NCBI GenBank assembly: GCA_023957315.1
Contig: JAMLHE010000018.1
Coordinates: 1,616-65,615, forward strand
Direction of reading: 5' to 3'
Length of the DNA: 64,000 bases
DNA from: Candidatus Kapaibacterium sp.
GTDB taxonomy: Bacteria; Bacteroidota; Ignavibacteria; Kapaibacteriales; UBA2268
In this document: positions 59,780-64,000 of the stretch, in pieces
Layout of the letters: every line of letters begins with the position of its first letter
Numbering within the stretch: position 1 is the first letter of the stretch
Translations under genes and position numbers: made by a program
The notes under the pieces: generated by a model
Databases searched by the model: none
Told to the model about the DNA's origin: nothing
Seen by the model: the letters and a program-made list of their open reading frames with translations, nothing else

Positions 59780-62700
59780 GAAAAGCAATTATTACCCTCG
59801 CTATTTTATTGTCCATCTCTTTTTTGGGGATGACGGGCGCAAACGCCCAAAACCTAGACTCACTCTTAGGTGTTTGGAACAACAAATCCCAACCCGACTC
59901 CAACCGCGTTACCGCTTACAACGATTACATTTGGGACGGCTACCTCTTTTCCAAGCCCGACTCGGCCACAATACTAGCCGAGGCTCTGCACGCTTATGCA
60001 AAAAAGCACAGATACCCAAATGCATCAGCCCAAGGCTATAACCTTCAAGGCGCCGCAAACTACCAACAAGGCAATTACCCCAGCGCCTTGGAAAACTACG
60101 AAAAGGCTCGAGTAATAAACGAAGAACTAGGTAATAAGCGGTGGTTGGCGATGAACCTGAACAATATTGGCCTCATTTACAATATCCAAGCCGATTACCC
60201 CCGCGCCTTGGAATACTTTGAAAAGAGTCTAGCGATTGATGAAGAAAGCGGTGATAAAAACGGCATCGCAGGGAGCCTGATGAATATTGGCTTGATTTAC
60301 CAAAGCCTAGGCGATTACCCACGCGCCTTGGAATACTATGAAAAGAGTCTGGCGATTCAGGAAGAAATCGGGGATAAAAAAGGCATCGCAGGTAGCCTGA
60401 ATAATATCGGCATGATTTACAATATCCAAGCCGATTACCCCCGCGCCTTGGAATACTACGAAAAGGCTCGAGTATTAAACGAAGAACTTGGTAATAAGCA
60501 GTGGTTGTCGTACAACCTTGGCAATATTGGCGACATTTACTCTACCCAAGCCGATTACCCCCGCTCTTTGGAATACTATGAAAAGAGTCTGGCGATTCAG
60601 GAAGAAATGGGGGATAAAAACGGCATCGCAATTAGCCTGGGTAGTATTGGCATGCTCTACCAAAAACAAGGCAAGAACACCCTCGCGCTAAACTATTGCC
60701 AAAAAGCCCTAACACTTGCCGAAGAAACTGGTGCTTTAGAATGGCAAAAAAACGCCTGCCAATGCCTGTACACTAGCTACAAAGCCATGGGCAACAGCGA
60801 TAAAGCCCTGCAATATTATGAGCTTATGATTGTGGCACGCGACAGCATCTTTAATGAAGAGAATACCAAAAAGCTGGTGCAAATAGATATGCAATATGAA
60901 TTTAACCGCAAAGAAGCTGCCGCCAAAGCCGAGCAAGACAAAAAAGATGCAGTAGCTGCACAAGAAATGCAACGGCAAAAACTGGTGCGCAATGGCTTTA
61001 TAGCAGGTGCTATTGTATTTATAATATTATTCCTGATTGTATTTGTAAGGTTTCGCGAAAAGAAAAAATTGAGCGACAAACTTGCAATTCAAAATAATGA
61101 AATTGAAAATCAGAAATTATTAGTAGAGGAAAAAAGTGAGGAAATCTACGCATCAATTAGGTATGCATCAACAATTCAGAATGCGATACTGCCGTGGGAC
61201 GCTACATTAGGCAAGGCTTTTAGTGATGTCATGGTTTTCTTCAAGCCCAAAGATATTGTTTCCGGAGATTCGTATTGGTTCAAGGAAGTGGACGGAGTGA
61301 AGTTTCTGGCAGTCATAGATTGCACAGGGCATGGTATCCCCGGAGCAATGCTAACTGTAATTGCCTCTACAGCCTTGGATGATGCCGTTCTTGGCAAGAG
61401 ATTAAGCGACCCGGCAGAAATACTTACATATATAAATGAAAAAGTAACAGAAGTATTAAATCAAAAATTAGCTGAAAACAATATTCGCGACGGAATGGAA
61501 GTCGCACTACTCGCCATTCATCAAGATAAGATTAAGTTTTCAGGTGCCGGTCGACCTTTGTATCTCAAGAATGGCACATTGGAAATCATCAAAACCGACA
61601 AACGGGGCATAGCCGGAAGCACAAAGAATGATGAATATCAATTCAATTCTGTTGAAATCGAAAAATCAGAAAATATTACACTCTACCTCACCACCGACGG
61701 TTTTGCTGACCAGATGAACGAAGACGGCAAAAAATTCAGCACCCGTCGCTTTTTGGCATTACTGGAATCAATTGCCGAAAATCCTCTAAAAGAACAATAT
61801 AAAAGATTAAATAACGAACTGGCAGCTCATCAAGGTGACAAGCACCAAATTGATGATATAACAATAATGAGTGAGGATATGAGAAAATTGATAATACTAT
61901 CCGTAATGTTTTGTGCAGTAGTAAACATCAGCTTTGCTCAACTTCAAGGGCAGGCGAAAATTGATTCGCTCAAAGCGAAACTGCCAAAAGCTAAACAAGA
62001 CACAAATGCTGTGAATTTGCTTGAGCAACTATCTTTTGAATTATATTCTATCGACCCGGACAAAGGAATAGAATATGGTTTGCAAGGAGTGGAACTCGCG
62101 AAAAATTTAGGCTGGAAGGAAGGTGAAGCAAATTGTTATAATTCTTTGGGTACAAATTATGATGAAAAATCCGACTACCCAAAAGCATTAGAATATTATC
62201 ATAAAGCTTTGAAAATTTATGAGGAATTGGGAAAAAAATCTGGAGAAGCAGCAAATCTCGGAAATATTGGTCTTTTATATTCTTCTCAATCCGACTACCC
62301 GAAAGCATTAGAATATTATCATAAAGCTCTGAAAATCAGTGAAGAGTTAGGAGATAAATCTGGAATAGGAAGACAGCTTGGAAATATTGGCATTATTTAC
62401 GAAAATAAATCCGACTACCCGAAAGCATTGGAGTATTATTTGAAAGCTTTGAAAATTAATGAAGAATTGGGAAGGAAATCTGGTGTTGCTACAAATCTTG
62501 GAAATATTGGGATTATTTATGCAAATCAATCGGACTACCCCAAAGCACTTGAATATTTTCATAATGCCCTTAAAATTAATGAAGAGCTGGTAAATAAATC
62601 TGGCGTTGCCAGGCATCTTGGAAATATTGGTCTTTTATATTCTTCTCAATCCGACTACCCGAAAGCTTTAGAATATTTTCATAAAGCTCTTAAAATTAAT

Positions 62701-64000
62701 CAAGAACTGGGAAACAAAAGAGTCGAAGCGTATAATCTTGGTAATATGGGAGAATTATATTATAAGTTATCCCAAGATACGGTATTATCTCAAATAAGTG
62801 AAAGCACAATTCTTGTAAGTCTAAATAAAGAAATAAATCTCAATAGAGCGATAGATTACACACTCGAAGCGATTAAAATATTTGAAGAAATTGGGGAATT
62901 ACATATTAGATCAACTTATTTAAAAAACCTCTCAGAAGCATATAAACAAAAAGGCAATTCAGATAAAGCATTTGAGGCATTACAAGAACACATGAAACTC
63001 AAAGACTCAGTGTTTAATATGGATAAACAGAAAGAAATTGCAAATCTTGAAGCAAAACGAGAAAATGAACTTAAAGATGCCGAAATTGTAATTCTTCAGA
63101 CCGAGAAAAAAGCACAGCAGTTTCAATCTTATCTGCTTGGTGGTGGTGTGATTGTGCTTTTTGGTGCTTTTGCCCTTGCCTTTATTCGTTTTAGGGAGAA
63201 GAGAAAGCTAAGCGATGAGCTTGCACTTCAAAACGCTGAAATTGAAAAGCAGAAGACTATTGTCGAATCTCAAAAAGCAATTGTCGAGGAGCAAAAGTTC
63301 ATACTTCAAGAAAAAAATGACCATATTTATTCTTCTGTCCAATACGCCGCTACAATTCAACAGGCGATTTTACCATGGGACAGTATAATCAATGCTGCTT
63401 TCTCAGATATTTTAATTTTCTACAAACCGAAAGATATTGTTTCAGGTGATTCATATTGGTTTAAAGAGGTTGAAGGTATCAAGTTTTTGGCAGCTATTGA
63501 TTGTACAGGTCATGGCATTCCAGGAGCGATGCTGACTGTGATTGCCTCAACTGCTCTTGATGATGCCGTTCTTGGCAAGAGATTAAGCGACCCGGCAGAA
63601 ATACTTACATATATAAATGAAAAAGTAACAGAAGTATTAAATCAAAAATTAGCTGAAAACAATATTCGCGACGGAATGGAAGTCGCACTACTCTGCATTC
63701 ATCAAGATAAGATTAAGTTTTCAGGTGCCGGTCGACCTTTGTATCTCAAGAATGGCACATTGGAAATCATCAAAACCGACAAACGGGGCATAGCCGGTAG
63801 CACAAAGAATGATGAATATCAATTCAATTCTGTTGAAATCGAAAAATCAGAAAATATTACACTCTACCTCACCACCGACGGTTTTGCCGACCAGATGAAC
63901 GAAGACGGCAAAAAGTTCAGCACCCGCCGCTTTTTGGCATTACTTGAATCAATTGCCGAAAATCCTCTAAAAGAACAATATAAAAGATTAAATAACGAAC
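59776..64000 (+). CDS. Units 7+8 read as one open frame: two complete TPR-TM-PP2C modules fused in frame by a 2-nt deletion at the junction; continues past the window end
   Basis: Absent from the ORF track because there is no stop before the window end. I translated 59776-64000 manually in one frame and saw no stop. Unit 7 = 59776-61878 (MRKAIITLAILLSISFLGMTGANAQ...QIDDITIMSED). Unit 8 starts at the in-frame ATG 61879 (MRKLIILSVMFCAVVNISFAQ...) and could also be translated on its own. Confidence 0.75.
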   Translation, partial: MRKAIITLAILLSISFLGMTGANAQNLDSLLGVWNNKSQPDSNRVTAYNDYIWDGYLFSKPDSATILAEALHAYAKKHRYPNASAQGYNLQGAANYQQGNYPSALENYEKARVINEELGNKRWLAMNLNNIGLIYNIQADYPRALEYFEKSLAIDEESGDKNGIAGSLMNIGLIYQSLGDYPRALEYYEKSLAIQEEIGDKKGIAGSLNNIGMIYNIQADYPRALEYYEKARVLNEELGNKQWLSYNLGNIGDIYSTQADYPRSLEYYEKSLAIQEEMGDKNGIAISLGSIGMLYQKQGKNTLALNYCQKALTLAEETGALEWQKNACQCLYTSYKAMGNSDKALQYYELMIVARDSIFNEENTKKLVQIDMQYEFNRKEAAAKAEQDKKDAVAAQEMQRQKLVRNGFIAGAIVFIILFLIVFVRFREKKKLSDKLAIQNNEIENQKLLVEEKSEEIYASIRYASTIQNAILPWDATLGKAFSDVMVFFKPKDIVSGDSYWFKEVDGVKFLAVIDCTGHGIPGAMLTVIASTALDDAVLGKRLSDPAEILTYINEKVTEVLNQKLAENNIRDGMEVALLAIHQDKIKFSGAGRPLYLKNGTLEIIKTDKRGIAGSTKNDEYQFNSVEIEKSENITLYLTTDGFADQMNEDGKKFSTRRFLALLESIAENPLKEQYKRLNNELAAHQGDKHQIDDITIMSEDMRKLIILSVMFCAVVNISFAQLQGQAKIDSLKAKLPKAKQDTNAVNLLEQLSFELYSIDPDKGIEYGLQGVELAKNLGWKEGEANCYNSLGTNYDEKSDYPKALEYYHKALKIYEELGKKSGEAANLGNIGLLYSSQSDYPKALEYYHKALKISEELGDKSGIGRQLGNIGIIYENKSDYPKALEYYLKALKINEELGRKSGVATNLGNIGIIYANQSDYPKALEYFHNALKINEELVNKSGVARHLGNIGLLYSSQSDYPKALEYFHKALKINQELGNKRVEAYNLGNMGELYYKLSQDTVLSQISESTILVSLNKEINLNRAIDYTLEAIKIFEEIGELHIRSTYLKNLSEAYKQKGNSDKAFEALQEHMKLKDSVFNMDKQKEIANLEAKRENELKDAEIVILQTEKKAQQFQSYLLGGGVIVLFGAFALAFIRFREKRKLSDELALQNAEIEKQKTIVESQKAIVEEQKFILQEKNDHIYSSVQYAATIQQAILPWDSIINAAFSDILIFYKPKDIVSGDSYWFKEVEGIKFLAAIDCTGHGIPGAMLTVIASTALDDAVLGKRLSDPAEILTYINEKVTEVLNQKLAENNIRDGMEVALLCIHQDKIKFSGAGRPLYLKNGTLEIIKTDKRGIAGSTKNDEYQFNSVEIEKSENITLYLTTDGFADQMNEDGKKFSTRRFLALLESIAENPLKEQYKRLNNE

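Noticed and set aside
60475-62616. Cluster of 64-89-aa minus-strand ORFs listed in the track where no plus-strand ORF is listed
   Set aside because: The plus strand here is one long open frame (units 7+8). The track omits it only because it has no stop inside the window. The minus ORFs are shadows; one, for example, mirrors the PP2C DCTGHG region exactly as in other units.
50600-63000. Regular ~120-bp periodic repeats, considered as a CRISPR array or non-coding satellite
   Set aside because: The repeats are in frame, encode 40-aa TPR units, have no unique spacers of constant length, and lie within long ORFs.

Overview
AT-rich bacterial chromosomal window, probably from an FCB-group organism (Ignavibacteria/Bacteroidota-like). 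Support for that: three ORFs end in T9SS-type C-terminal sorting domains, TTTG-N19/20-TAnnTTTG promoter-like motifs occur, and clear Shine-Dalgarno sites are also present. Everything here comes from reading the sequence and the ORF track; no searches were run, so all family names are motif-based.

Layout:
- 1-44.7 kb is mainly housekeeping: recO, tRNA-Asn, rluD-like, lspA, ligA, a XerC/D-like recombinase, leuS, a DASS transporter, ilvE, purH, cysS, an aminotransferase and pckA. Secreted/T9SS cargo genes are interspersed.
- 27.2-30.2 kb is a small accessory islet between ilvE and purH. It carries two adjacent PD-(D/E)XK-like ORFs and is punctuated by a family of related hairpins.
- 44.9-64.0 kb is the striking part: a same-strand array of eight membrane-anchored PP2C/SpoIIE-type phosphatase modules. 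Seven are fused to signal peptide + TPR + coiled coil + TM sensor modules. From 48.5 kb onward the genes are chained by 4-nt ATGA stop/start overlaps.

Within the array I see long near-identical DNA blocks shared between non-adjacent units, one unit with a visibly more GC-rich TPR module, one unit degraded by clustered indels, and one junction where a 2-nt deletion fuses two units in frame.

Two large ORFs touching the window edges (1-1321 minus; 59776->64000 plus) are missing from the supplied ORF track. I found them by manual translation.
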